Assembly (NCBI RefSeq): GCF_001194135.2
Contig: NC_068985.1
Span: forward strand, 72,435,146-72,499,145
Source of the DNA: Octopus bimaculoides
Lineage: Eukaryota
DNA: 64,000 bases
Direction: 5' to 3'
Under the pieces are notes generated by a model, which was not told the DNA's origin, did no database searches, and saw only the letters and a program-made list of their open reading frames with translations. A program made the position numbers and the translations under genes. Below are positions 48,870 to 61,449 of this stretch, one piece after another; position 1 is the stretch's first letter, and every line of letters starts with the position of its first letter.

Positions 48870-50150
48870 GAGAGGACAGACCTGAAGACATTACAGATGG
48901 GGTGGGGGGCGGGTTTAATTCGGACCCCACGAGCCCCATCCTACCACTAATGCCTGGGACTCGTCCTGTGTCACAATCATGTGGTTACATTCATGCTCAG
49001 CATTCGTGCAACATTCTTCCATCGATTTTCGAACATTCTCATTGACAGATATCTTCTCTCTAGCCCTATTTTCATTTTAAGGTGGAAGCTGAAGTAATTC
49101 ACCAATGCAGGGCCAGAGATGAAGATGCCTGACTTTAAACCTTTCAATCTCGTCTTCCAAATCAGCTCTCTCGCAATTGCCACATCAACGAGAAAATTAA
49201 TCATACCTTCTTTTTGATAGGAAATCCGGTGGGTCGATTTTTACTGTAGACTCAGTCGATAGCCGTACTCTTCCTGTACTTGACAACAGTTGTTCTACAC
49301 AAACCCACACGTCTGACACCTCCGAACACTGAACAATAGCATACAGGACGGTTTCCCTATCCTGCCCACATCATGCCTTGTGAGCTTGTCCCGAACAGGT
49401 AAGGCTCCTCAATAACATTGCCATGCCAACGACTTCTGAAAGTTATCCAGGGTCTTTGGCCCGAATGTACATTGGAACAAACTGGCCAGCTGATTATCGT
49501 CGAGACCTTGGGTCTCCCCTAAGGTATCCTCACATTCCACCTCTGCCAACCCTCTATAAAAAAATGCAGTTGAACCATTACCACAGGCATTGCCCGAACG
49601 GCGGAATAGCAGGAGAGCCTTACGACACTCTGTGAACCATGTACCTAACTTCGATCTACGATAGAATCAGGTTTCCCATCCACCGAAACTAGTGAACTTG
49701 GGAAACATCTGCTTCGCATGCAAAGATCACACCCGTTCACCATCCAGGTGGAGCCACAGATGCCTCAACCTCAGCGCATGTCTGCGCATCAACAACCAAG
49801 GCATCCCTAGTCCACCCTTTAACGGTTGTTGGTAGCAAACAGAGCGTTTCACAAGCGGAAGAGTTGTCTTTCCGGCTTGATTAATCACAAATCAGGGCCA
49901 GGGACGACGGTTAGGCGGTAGGTGATGACCGATGCGATGAACACATTGGCCACCTCCGCCTTCCATTTCAGGAACAGCCACTGCCAAGTCCAGGTCTTGA
50001 CTGTGTGGGTTACCCTGCTCAATACCTCAGCCCAATTCTTCTCTATTTGGAGGTCCAGACCAAACCAAACCCCTAGCAACTTAATCGGACCCTCTGTCCA
50101 ACGTCCCACGACCGAGCTGCAAGCCGACTGACTTTTCCTGATTAATCTTT
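48870..50150 (-). mobile_element. L1/Tx1-clade LINE fragment (post-RT region), decayed
   Basis: GPIKLLGVWFG....KNW..V...V..W....L.LK.KA.VAN.FIAS.ITY.L.V.P, characteristic of Tx1/L1 ORF2. Left boundary approximate. Confidence 0.75.
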
Positions 50151-50289
50151 GCTCCTGGCAAATAAAAAATCGATAGTAATGCACTTTAAGTTTGGATTAT
50201 GACACCTCATACAAGTAACAAAAATATTGAAATGTTGATAGTAGATTCATCGTGTTGCACGGAAAACAGGAAATGCTGAAGATAAAAAA

Positions 50290-50540
50290 TCAAGACTTTT
50301 TCCATATCGTCGACGACATTGCATTGTATTCGCATTCAGCGGCATGCATTTTAGAAGAGGTAGGGAGTCTTCCTTCATTATAATTTTAATCACACCTGCA
50401 ATTACTGGAGTTATGATCTTTTCACCAACAGTATCCGATTTTATTTCTCCGCTATATTGAGAGGGATGCTGTATGATGTGTTCAATCCCCTTTCATTATC
50501 GACACTGGCAGATGCATTAAATGAAATAATGTCATGAAAA
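50290..50540 (-). mobile_element. hAT Buster/Charlie transposase pseudogene, upstream part
   Basis: SYSIPLNIAEK*KSDTVGEKIITPVIAGVIKIIM...LKCMPLNANTM resembles ASY.IS..IA..K..TIGE.LI.P...IPLS..TV. Confidence 0.75.
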
Positions 50541-51207
50541 TATAGAAACAACGAGAGACGCGAAATAAATTGCTTTTAACAGAAGAAGCTATAAATAACA
50601 GTGTGTAAATAGTACATCAAAAACCCTTGGATGAAAAAAAAATCGAAGGCTACTAGTGGAACTGGGACCTACATATTATGTAAACACGAAATATATGTGT
50701 TCGAGTTCCTTTGGCAGCTTTCAACTTTGCCCATCAAAAAGATTTTTAACCCAATGTTTACACTCTTGTGAATATTATCCGCATTTCATTTTAGTATTTG
50801 TTATCTGACAAGCCCATGATAGCTCTGGGTGTAATTTATTCACTGGCCGATGATAGAACAATCACAGAAAATAATGCAGCCAGATCACTCAATCTATCCT
50901 TACCACAAGCCATATTTGAAAGTAAAGCTAAGACCATGAAAAAAAAAAAAAAAGAATGAATGAAAAAGAATTCTAGAATGCTTCAAAAGGTACAGCGTTA
51001 AAGAGAAATAATATGGCTATTTTGTTTAGCGAGTATTAGTGGTGGTGATGATGTTTATATTGAAATGTCAGAGAGTAGAAATGCAAAGAGAGGGAGAGAG
51101 AGAGAGAGAGAAAATTCTAACTAGTGAGAGGCTGGGTAAGAATGGGAATTAAATAAAACGTTTAAAGTATTTTTGAAGCGTATCATAGGATATAAACTAA
51201 AATTGCT

Positions 51208-51249
<42 letters not shown>

Positions 51250-51252
<3 letters not shown>

Positions 51253-51607
51253 TCGTGGCACTCCGTCGGTTACGACGACGAGGGTTCTAGCTGATTCGAT
51301 CAACGGAACAGCCTGCTCATGAAATTAACGTGCAAGTGGCTGAGCACTCCACGGACATAGTTTTCGGGGGAGATTCAGCGTGACACAGAGTGTAACAAGG
51401 CTGGCCCTTTAAAATACAGGTACAACAGAAACAAGAAGAAAGAGTGAGAAAAAGTTGTGGTGAAAGAGTATAGCAGGGTTCGACCCCCGCCAGAGCCTTG
51501 TGGAGCTTTAGGTGTTTTCGCTCAATGAACACTCACAACGCCCGGTCAGGGAATCGAAACCGCGATCCCACAACCGCGAGTTCGCTGCCCTAACCACTGG
51601 GCCATTC
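51250..51607 (-). mobile_element. tRNA-SINE family C
   Basis: Minus-strand head AATGGCCCAGTGGTTAGGGCAGCG...GGTTTCGATTCCC; second copy at 56108-56445. Confidence 0.8.
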
Positions 51608-51729
51608 TGCCAACACACACATACACATAAAGATAGAAAAAGAGAAAATTATATATGTATCACGATTCTCTATAAATCTCCAACCAACTTAGTTTTCGAA
51701 AGAACTGTGGTATTTCCATGTGTCTTGCT

Positions 51730-52175
51730 ATTATTCTTCTACTTGTTTCAGTCATTTAACTGCGGCCATGCTGGAGCACCGCCTTTAGTCGAACAAATCG
51801 ACCCCAGGACTTATTCTTTGTAAGCCTAGTACTTATTCCATCGGTTTCTTTTGTCGAACCGCTAAGTTACAGGGACGTAAACATACCAGCATCGGTTGTC
51901 AAGCGATGGTGGGAGAACAAACACAGACACCAGAGTAAGCACATAAATGCGAAAGAAGGTGGAAGAAATAGTACTCGGATACTGGAGGTAGGGTAATATG
52001 CTTTTTAAATAAAGTATATATACATCTATACCACAGGCTTCTTTCAGTTTCCGTCTACCAAATCCACTCACGAGGCTTTGGTCGGCCCGAAGTTAAAGTA
52101 GAAGACACTTGCCCAAGGACTGAACCTGGAACCATGTGGTCGGTAAGCAAGCTTCTTATCACACAGCCACGCCAC
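51730..52175 (-). mobile_element. SINE family A with a non-microsatellite insert in its variable middle
   Basis: Family A head and tail flank about 90 bp of other sequence. Confidence 0.8.
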
Positions 52176-53719
52176 TTTCTTTTTGTAAATTTTACAATGT
52201 TGTTTTCTTTCAATCCCAAATTACTTTCTGTGTATTTAACATCTAATAAAGTTGTATTCATTATATTGAATTTCTACTTCTTATTCGCCGTAACCTCTTT
52301 ATTTATGTAAAGAAGCTTATTAAAGAAAAGCCTCCCAAAGCAATAGAAAATTTACGATAATGGTACGAGAAACTGGGATGTTTACTGCAAAAATGCATTG
52401 AACAAGATAGATGACCAGATGCAAACCAATGATTCTTCAGCTAATTGGTTCTGTGATAATCTACTCTATTCACTCTATTGGATATTTGTAACTCGGGATT
52501 GATATCGAATGAACAGAGGAGAATATTACGAACTAGAGTGAAAGTTTAAAAGATTAAGGCAAAGGAATATCAAGGTCAATGTAATGGACTTCCGATCTGT
52601 GCCAACAACCAATGGACTATCATGTAATAGTGATCCTAGAAATTTTAATTAAAATTTTACTCATAATGAGGATGAAAAGAGTGATTAACGATTCGAGTCA
52701 ATAAAAAAACAAGGGAGATAATCCCTAAAATCTATTAAAACAATTAAAACGTTTCGGTATTATCAGATCTTATCAGCGGAGCTTAGCCCAACCGTTACTA
52801 CTAGATCATTCATTAGGTGGGGGATAGAATAAAAATTAATTTCTGTTCATGGCGGAGATATTTGATTCGGGAAAATTAAGCTTTCAGCTCAGCTCTGACT
52901 GAACATAACTATGATCAAAAACGCTCCATCCATGATCATCCAATCCTTTTCTCGAGCTTTGCCTAACTAACCAATAAGGTGTTTAAGTGTAACTTGGAGG
53001 ATATTTGGTTGTCATTTCTACAAGACGAGCGACCATTTAGACACTTCCCATGGCTTATCCTATCATTACCGCGACTTGTTTCGAAAATAAATATATTTAA
53101 CATCGATTAAGGACCGAGCCAGCCTTGAGGGTGGCCCAATGGAAGAGTCGTTAATGTAGTCTTTGCTTTGACACTTAAAATGCTGGGTTTAAATCCTCTT
53201 GAGATCAGCTTTTCTCTTCATCCTTCATGAGTCGATAAAATAGAGTATCATTCAAGTCCCGAAGTCGAAATTATCGATTGACGATCTATGCCATCATGCA
53301 ATGGGCTGCTTGAATCCTTGCCCAACCGTGGAGATTCGGCGAACAAGGGAAGTAAACACAATAGTTGGAGTACACTGCCATCGCTGCCATTTCATGAATT
53401 CAGCTTTCTGTAACATCCTATATTACTGCGAACACACGCACACATATAAATCCTATCAATCACACATGCATCCATACACACACACACATATATATATACA
53501 CAAGATCTATAAGAGTGGTTGTTCAGCCGGTACATTGGACTAGGGCTCGGAGAGCTGAGGGCGAGTCCGTGAATGTGTGTAGGGTTCTTAAAAAGAAAAG
53601 ACCCTTTCTCCAAGAAAAAAACTTCACAGCCCTCTTGAATTGTGAAGGGACTAGCGATACCCGAAAGTAGACCCTGCAGATATATCTGGTGCTGGTGTAG
53701 TATGTGATATACATACATG

Positions 53720-54080
53720 TTTCTGGTATAGCTTGTGATCTACATCAGTTCAAATGGTATAGTTTGTGATCTTCACAGACTTTCAGTCTCATTTAGATTT
53801 CATTTGTTGGAATATTTTAAGATCAAATGAGCAAAATCTCTTTATTGCATTTTTAAATGACATCCGTGCCGAATACAAATAGTCACAGTATTCACGTTTC
53901 TAGTATGAAATAATAATCAATAAAAATTTTTCTTTTTCTTTTATTTTTTAAATGTTTAACTCACGCCTCTAATCATAATTGCAAATTTATAACAAAATTT
54001 TGACTGTAGATCACAAGCTAGTGTAGATTTAAGCCGCTGTAGATCACAATGGCATGTAGATAACATTCTAAACCGGTACC
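53720..54080. mobile_element. Non-autonomous DNA-transposon-like remnant with inverted subterminal TGTGATCTAC motifs
   Basis: Two cttgtgatct(a)c on the left and gtagatcaca(a/g) copies on the right. Confidence 0.45.
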
Positions 54081-54110
54081 GAATTTTCTTTATATAGAAC
54101 AGTTAAATTA

Positions 54111-54895
54111 AGGTGGCGAGCTGGCAGAATAGTTAGCGCACCGGAAAAGATATGCTAAGTGGTATTTCTACTGACTTCATGTTCGAGTTCAACCGCCGCC
54201 GGAGTCGACTTTTCCTTTCATCCTTTCGGGGTTGATAAAATAAGTACCAGTTGAACATTGGGATCTTTTTTAAAACGAGGGCCACATTTTTCATTAACGA
54301 AACACTTTGAAACTTGGAACACTGGTAGAATGTGTCATATAAAACATCTTTTTCTCTTAGTCTTCTTAAAAAAAAAAGAAATCCATAAGTTATTCCATGT
54401 TAAAGTTGTCGTATTTCTGTAATTTCAACCAATCACTGACGTCCATTCAGCCGATATACATTAAGTGCCGACTACATAAACAAACGATTCTGAAACAATT
54501 AACCCTAACCCTAACGCTAGGGTTAGGGTTAAAGCAAATTTAAAATGAAAAAAGCAAATAAAACGAAGGTATGGAGATTAAATACGCTTTACATCGCTTA
54601 ATCAGCCAAAGGAGTAAATGTAAACAACTGAATACTTGTCAGTGATTGGTTGAAATTATCGAAATAAGACAATTTTTTACATGAAATAAATTCGAATACA
54701 AAAATATTTTTCTGTTCTATAACACAAAATAGATAAGTATACGAAGTTTGAAAGTCTTTCCGTACCAAAAACACTACATAAAACATTAATGAAAAATGTG
54801 GCCCCCGTTTTAAAATAGATCAGAACATTGGCATCGATGTAACCTACTTACTCCTCCCTCGAAATTGCTGGCCTTGTACCGAAATTTGAAACCCA
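54111..54895 (+). mobile_element. SINE family B interrupted by the Merlin-like MITE
   Basis: The SINE resumes after the duplicated GAACATTG. Confidence 0.85.
54261..54822. mobile_element. Second copy of the 560-bp MITE, 8-bp TSD GAACATTG
   Basis: Near-identical to 10434-10993; TSD at 54253-54260 and 54823-54830. Confidence 0.88.
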
Positions 54896-56107
54896 TTTAG
54901 GATGGTTAAGCTATTTAGGTCTGTTGTAGAAATAAACACATGCAAAACGCTTTTATAAGTCGTAGTTCCTTGCTCTGTGTCAAATGTTCATGGTTGTGGC
55001 CGTTCTCCTTTGAATTTATGTTTAAGTGTGTTGGTTTATTAATCATTTCTTGCAATTATGTAGTGGTAAGATCAGAAAGACTGCAATCAACTGCCGTACA
55101 GATAGGTATGGCACATGAGATTATACGTCATTCGTATTTCTCAAAGGAATTAACAATATAGGCTAAATAAACTACTTCAGTTGAGAATCTCAACCAGATT
55201 GGAGTCGTCTGTCGGAAAGTTTGATTGAATAAGAGGTGTATACTGAATTGTGGTCGATGGAGTTGAGTTGTGTCAACAATGGTGAAGAATGTACCAATTA
55301 CGGTTATACTAGTACAAACAGATGTTATAGAAACAAAAGCGATAAAACAAACACAGATTACAGTCTGAAGAGGAAAGAGCGAGTACAATTAACATGCATT
55401 AGTTAAACATATATCTTTAACTGGTCATCGACGTGTGTTAACGTATGTGACCTAGACAAACAGAATCAGTTGGATAAAGCATAACAGGAATAAGAACACT
55501 TGGATTTTGAAGTTTCATAATGATACACGATTAAATTATACGAAATGACAATATTCATCGTAATGGTTTTCATTTCTTTAAAAAAATTAAAAACCAGTAA
55601 CGTACTAGATTTTCTTGCAGCACTTGAAAGACCTCAAAGACCATGGGTAGACGATCTAGTTAAACAAATTCGAACCTAAATTGGAGAGAAAGGTACAATC
55701 AAAGGAAAAGGAAGCATATTGTGTCCATCAATGTATATTGAGACATAGTTTAATTGACTGCGATAAAGAGATTTAGTTTTATCCTTTTATGTTCTAAGTT
55801 CTAATCATGCAGAAGTTGAACTGAGTTTTCTTCTGATTGACAAAATAAATATTAGTTACATACGGTCCGATTTCATCAACATCTCTTCCCTGTAAAGTTG
55901 TTGCTTTGCGGTTTGGTTAAATATTGGTACTTGCTTCTTTAATTTGCAATGTCTTCATAAAACTTAGACTTTAGGATAAATGAATTTTTGTATCAGGAGT
56001 AAATATTAAATCAATTGTAAATTAAATTATATCAGTTTAAATGTGTAAATTTAAATCGACGAAAACAAAACACAATCCATCCTCCAATATACAAAGTTGT
56101 ATGTTGT

Positions 56108-56445
56108 TGGCACTCGGTCGCTTACGATGTCGAGGGTTCCAGTTGATCTGATCAACGGAACAGCTTGCTCGTAAAATTAACGTGCAAGTGACTGAGCACT
56201 CCACAGACACGTGCACCCTTAACGTAGTTCTCGGGGATATTCAGCGTGACCCCCCGAATTATAGGCACAACAGAAACAGGAAGTAAGAGTGAGAGAAAGT
56301 TGTGGTGAAAGAGTACAGTAGGGTTCGCCACCATCCCCTGCCGGAACCTCGTTGAGCTTTAGGTGTTTTCGCTCAATAAACACTCACAACGCCCGGTCTG
56401 GGAATCGAAACCGCGATCCTATGACCGCTGGGCCATTGCGCCTCC
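56108..56445 (-). mobile_element. tRNA-SINE family C
   Basis: Similar to 51250-51607. Confidence 0.8.
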
Positions 56446-57110
56446 ACTACAAAGTTGTATAAGAAATGCAATAAACACGTCCAAATATTTTCCCACTTTT
56501 CCCATTATATGATGTGTTTTCCTATTTACGAATTTTATATTTGACTTCTGTATTTTCAAGTGTAGCAAGTACTGGCTGTTGTAACGTTGTTTCAATCCCC
56601 GGTGGAAGCTACTTCACCTCACATTAAAGTATATACACGGAAGGAGTAGGACTAAACATATTTCCTCTTTCTTCTCACATAAGACAATGTTGGTGGGTTT
56701 CTCATCAAAAGAAATGCATTCCTAGCGAGTTTTTAACACTTTTTAAAACAAGGTTAAACAAATGCTTAGTTTTGTAAAGTTTCATTCATAAATAATCATT
56801 TTGTCAGTCGTCATCATCTGTTAAATGTTATTATTTGAACTTAAAATAAATATGGAGTCAAGATTCGAAATTGCTACTGGGCAATTTAAAAAAAAAGGTT
56901 AGAAAATAAAAAAAATGTCTCAGTGTCACCACTTGCGCAATAGTACACTTACTGCAAGAGTTGTCTCATTATTATAGAAATGATTTTAATTTACAAACAT
57001 TAGTCTCTGTTGGGTGCGAAAAAAATAAATACCTGCTCAAAGAAAAGAAAAGAATTGATGAGACAATCGTTGGCGAGAGAGGTATCCAATCTGTAAAGTA
57101 GGAAGGTTAA

Positions 57111-58806
57111 ATGACATGTCAGACCACGTGGAATGTTGTGACAGCATCTGTCCGAAAGAAGCTGGAAATTCTACCGAAGGGTAGGTATGTCAGATACATA
57201 AACATTATTTTGGGTATCTATGAAGCCAACTAAGATTCTTGCACGTAATCACTTCTTCTGCTAAGTAATAAAGCCATATTTTTTTAAGATCATATCTTAC
57301 CGTTTTATTGTCATAGCTGGATTGGAGGTGAATTACCTCAATATATTTTGCTGCGCGTATACGTCAGCTTTGATTTGATANNNNNNNNNNNNNNNNNNNN
57401 NNNNNNNNNNNNNNNNNNNNNNNNNNNNNNNNNNNNNNNNNNNNNNNNNNNNNNNNNNNNNNNNNNNNNNNNNNNNNNNNNNNNNNNNNNNNNNNNNNNN
57501 NNNNNNNNNNNNNNNNNNNNNNNNNNNNNNNNNNNNNNNNNNNNNNNNNNNNNNNNNNNNNNNNNNNNNNNNNNNNNNNNNNNNNNNNNNNNNNNNNNNN
57601 NNNNNNNNNNNGCTCTCATAAATCTGAAGCGTAACTACACGTAGAATAACAATTACTTGTATCAAGATTACAATTGGTATTGTCAGGCATGTAGCTCAAG
57701 TAAACCCACATAGCCTTCATTGATTGCATTCCTAAATATTAAGTCCATTAACACTATTGCAACTGATCTTCTCTAAATAACGTTAACCATTAAATAATCT
57801 TTTCTAAATTGAAAGGCCTTACCCCCACCCCGACATTTTGACATTTAATACGGAAAACCTTCTAATCTGTTATCTTGTTTATATTGAGCCTTCTCTGGTC
57901 GACAGGGAAAGTAAGTGCCTGGTTCAAGCTGAAGAATATGGTACCAGATTTAACATTAGTGAGTATACAAATATTTTTTTACATGGGCACAAACTTATAA
58001 GGGGTTTGGGTTCAACACTTTGTTGCATGTAAGTGAAATGAGTTCGCTTTAATAGACTAAATATCCAGGTCTTGATTCCCTAAACAATCTATACTCAACA
58101 AGGTACATATGCCATTAAATTCAAACAATACTGAACTCTTGTATATGATATATGTTACAGTTTGAAAACTTTCACACTCCGCACTACTTTCAAACTCGTC
58201 CAAGCTAAAATTTAAATATTGGATTCGTATTCTGTTAAAACTTAAAATACGGTTAAATTCTAAGAAAATAGGGGTTCTAGTCTGGTTCGAAATTTTTGTT
58301 TTACACATTTGTTTTAAACCTGACCCAGAAGGTATTTTAAAGTTTTAAATCTGGTTGTCGATTTAGATATCGGAGCTAATACTTTAAACACGAATTATAT
58401 AAGGCTTACAATTTTACAATTATTAGCCATGCTTACTAAATGTAGCTTGTAGCGAACTATTGACAGCAATGTTGTTTGCAAAACGATTACTATCAATGTT
58501 TTCGTTTTTATTTTGATACGACCAATTCTCATCAACTTTGAACTGATACTTCTACAATATCGACTAACTTATACATTGTCATTACCTTCAACAGAAACTC
58601 AGGCGGTGTCCGAAGTTGCTATCCCGATGTTTCCCAGAAACCCGAAATGGGTAGAATTTTCTCCACCGGTACGCCTTCATGTTAAATATGATATCGATGA
58701 CAAGGACCCTCTTCGAGCTTTGCTAGCAAAACTGCCAGATTATAGTGAATCGCAGCTAACTATTTCTCAATGTATACATATTGTTGGTCAAAGAAAGGAA
58801 AAATAG
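57111..58806 (+). CDS. Candidate uncharacterised 3-exon gene, join(57111..57184,57906..57958,58595..58806), 112 aa
   Basis: Phase-compatible donors AG|gtatgt and A|gtgagt, acceptors ..gtcgacag| and ..ttcaacag|; AATAAA near 59010. No recognised homology; a gap lies in intron 1. Confidence 0.3.
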
Positions 58807-59859
58807 ATCAGGTCTATCATTTGGAAGTTGTTTTTTTTTGAAGATTGATATATAAAAACAAAAATTAGAATTTTTCTAAATGTCGTTCAGACACTCAAAC
58901 GTTACTGATCTGAGATGTTAATCTGTATTTTGTAATTTTCATAATGTTTTTCACTATGGAATCTTGACTCTTAATTTTATTGAAAGGTTATTTTTCAAAA
59001 AGTTGCTGAAATAAAACTGGGAAAAAAGATAAGCGACAGAATTAGACTAAATTGGACTAAATGCCTTGCGTTCTTTAGTTACATCACTTAATGTTTCGAG
59101 TTCAAATCCTGCCAAAGTCAATATTAATTTTCATCTTTCGAAGGCCGATAAAATATGCACGTCGGTATAATCAAATGTCTGAAGCATGACTGTAGTCCAA
59201 TGAATGTAACCAGTAAAAGATCATTGGACACACGATGTCATCACTGTAACAGTTCAATACCGAACCCTAAGTTTGAAAACTTATTCTATCGGGAACCAGC
59301 TACATCGAAATTTTCTAGAATATTTTTCTCTTGTGAAAATTGAATTACTGATAAAACAAATTTACACTTATATTTTATTTACTTAATACTGACTTAGTAT
59401 GCCTAGCATGTTAGACTTAACAATTTAAAGATAACCACAGACACCTAATACTCAGTATGTGGTTATTTCTGAAATCTTTCTTTCTCAAATACTAACTCGA
59501 GATCCATGCATTGTTGTTTAGCCCCGGGTCAACCATTATAGGTATGAGATCAAATGCGTGCCAGTAGTGATGGTTCCGTCTTATTGTACATAAATTGTTA
59601 AGGCGCTTGTGATTCGAAGGGATTTACCTGCTATCGATAGCAGAACAAGCAACTGAAGTCGTCAATTTACTAATATTAAGCTGAAAATAATCGTATCGAT
59701 ATCGAAAAATCTCTGGAGGTTAGTTACCGCCAGGCTTCCTAGAGTATAAAACATTGTCAGTATGTAACGCTATTCAAAGTCAATTCCTGTGGAGTTTGAA
59801 TTGGGAAATATTTTACTAAATACTGTGAATCTTTTATTCAATGTGACTTTAATATTATC

Positions 59860-59936
59860 AGTGTCTTCTACTGTCGCCTCGGGCCGACCAAAGCCTTGAG
59901 TGAATTTGGTCGACAAACTGAAAAGAGCCCGTCGTG

Positions 59937-59989
<53 letters not shown>

Positions 59990-60260
59990 NNNNNNNNNNN
60001 NNNNNNNNNNNNNNNNNNNNNNNNNNNNNNNNNNTATATATGTGTGCGTGTGTGTGTGTGTGTGTATTTGTGTTTGTCCCTCCCACCATCGCTTGACAAC
60101 CGATATTGGTGTATTTACGTCCCTGTAACAAAGCGGTTCGGCAAAAGAAACCGATAGAATAAGTACTAGGCTTACAGAGAATGTCATGGGGTCGATTAGT
60201 TCGACTAAAGGTGGTGCTCCAGCATGGCCGCAGTCAAATGACTGAAGCAAGTAAAAGAGT
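59860..60260 (+). mobile_element. SINE family A with long internal (TA)n/(TG)n and a gap
   Basis: Family A motifs on both sides of the microsatellite. Confidence 0.82.
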
Positions 60261-61449
60261 AATTAAAACCACTTTACAATATATCTATATTTACAATAAA
60301 CGACTTGTCAGTTCATTAGTGTTTCTTATTCTTAAAACGTAGATTCCAAAGTCGGGTGGAACTGGAAGCAGTTCTATTGTCTTTATCCTCCAATCCCGAT
60401 TAGAGATTGGAAAGTTGTAAAAATATGAATAAACACAGTAACGATAACGTTAATAGTTGGCGGGGGGTGGGGGTACGAGAATTTCTGAATGAACACTCAT
60501 CTTTTTGATATTTACTCGCGTTTTAAAAGCGTTTTAATGACCGAGGTTCAGCGTCTCTCTCTAGATAAATGGTTATGAAACCGACAAATTTCACCCACCA
60601 CTACCAAAATATAAGCTTTTTTTATTTTATTTTTTTGCGCTCTCATCATCTTTATAATACAAAACCGTTTGCATTCATAAAATTCTTTTGATTTTCTTTT
60701 TCTTCTAACAACAAATTTTAAGCTGAAAATTTTCAAAAAATGTGCTTTTGACTGGGGATTGGCATACTGCCGATGAATACCGCATTCATTATTTGAAGCA
60801 TTTAAAGTAATGATTTTATAACCAATGAATTTTAAGCCACTTTCCTTACAGCGAGAGTCGAAACTCTTTGTTGTCTGCTCTATTNNNNNNNNNNNNNNNN
60901 NNNNNNNNNNNNNNNNNNNNNNNNNNNNNNNNNNNNNNNNNNNNNNNNNNNNNNNNNNNNNNNNNNNNNNNNNNNNNNNNNNNNNNNNNNNNNNNNNNNN
61001 NNNNNNNNNNNNNNNNNNNNNNNNNNNNNNNNNNNNNNNNNNNNNNNNNNNNNNNNNNNNNNNNNNNNNNNNNNNNNNNNNNNNNNNNNNNNNNNNNNNN
61101 NNNNNNNNNNNNNNNNNNNNNNNNNNNNNNNNNNNNNNNNNNNNNNNNNNNNNNNNNNNNNNNNNNNNNNNNNNNNNNNNNNNNNNNNNNNNNNNNNNNN
61201 NNNNNNNNNNNNNNNNNNNNNNNNNNNNNNNNNNNNNNNNNNNNNNNNNNNNNNNNNNNNNNNNNNNNNNNNNNNNNNNNNNNNNNNNNNNNNNNNNNNN
61301 NNNNNNNNNNNNNNNNNNNNNNNNNNNNNNNNNNNNNNNNNNNNNNNNNNNNNNNNNNNNNNNNNNNNNNNNNNNNNNNNNNNNNNNNNNNNNNNNNNNN
61401 NNNNNNNNNNNNNNNNNNNNNNNNNNNNNNNNNNNNNNNNNNNNNNNNT

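Noticed and set aside
58640-58700. FSPPVRLHVKY resembles the PEBP/mL38 F.P.V.LHV.Y strand
   Set aside because: Only a short local match; flanking residues do not follow the PEBP fold motifs.
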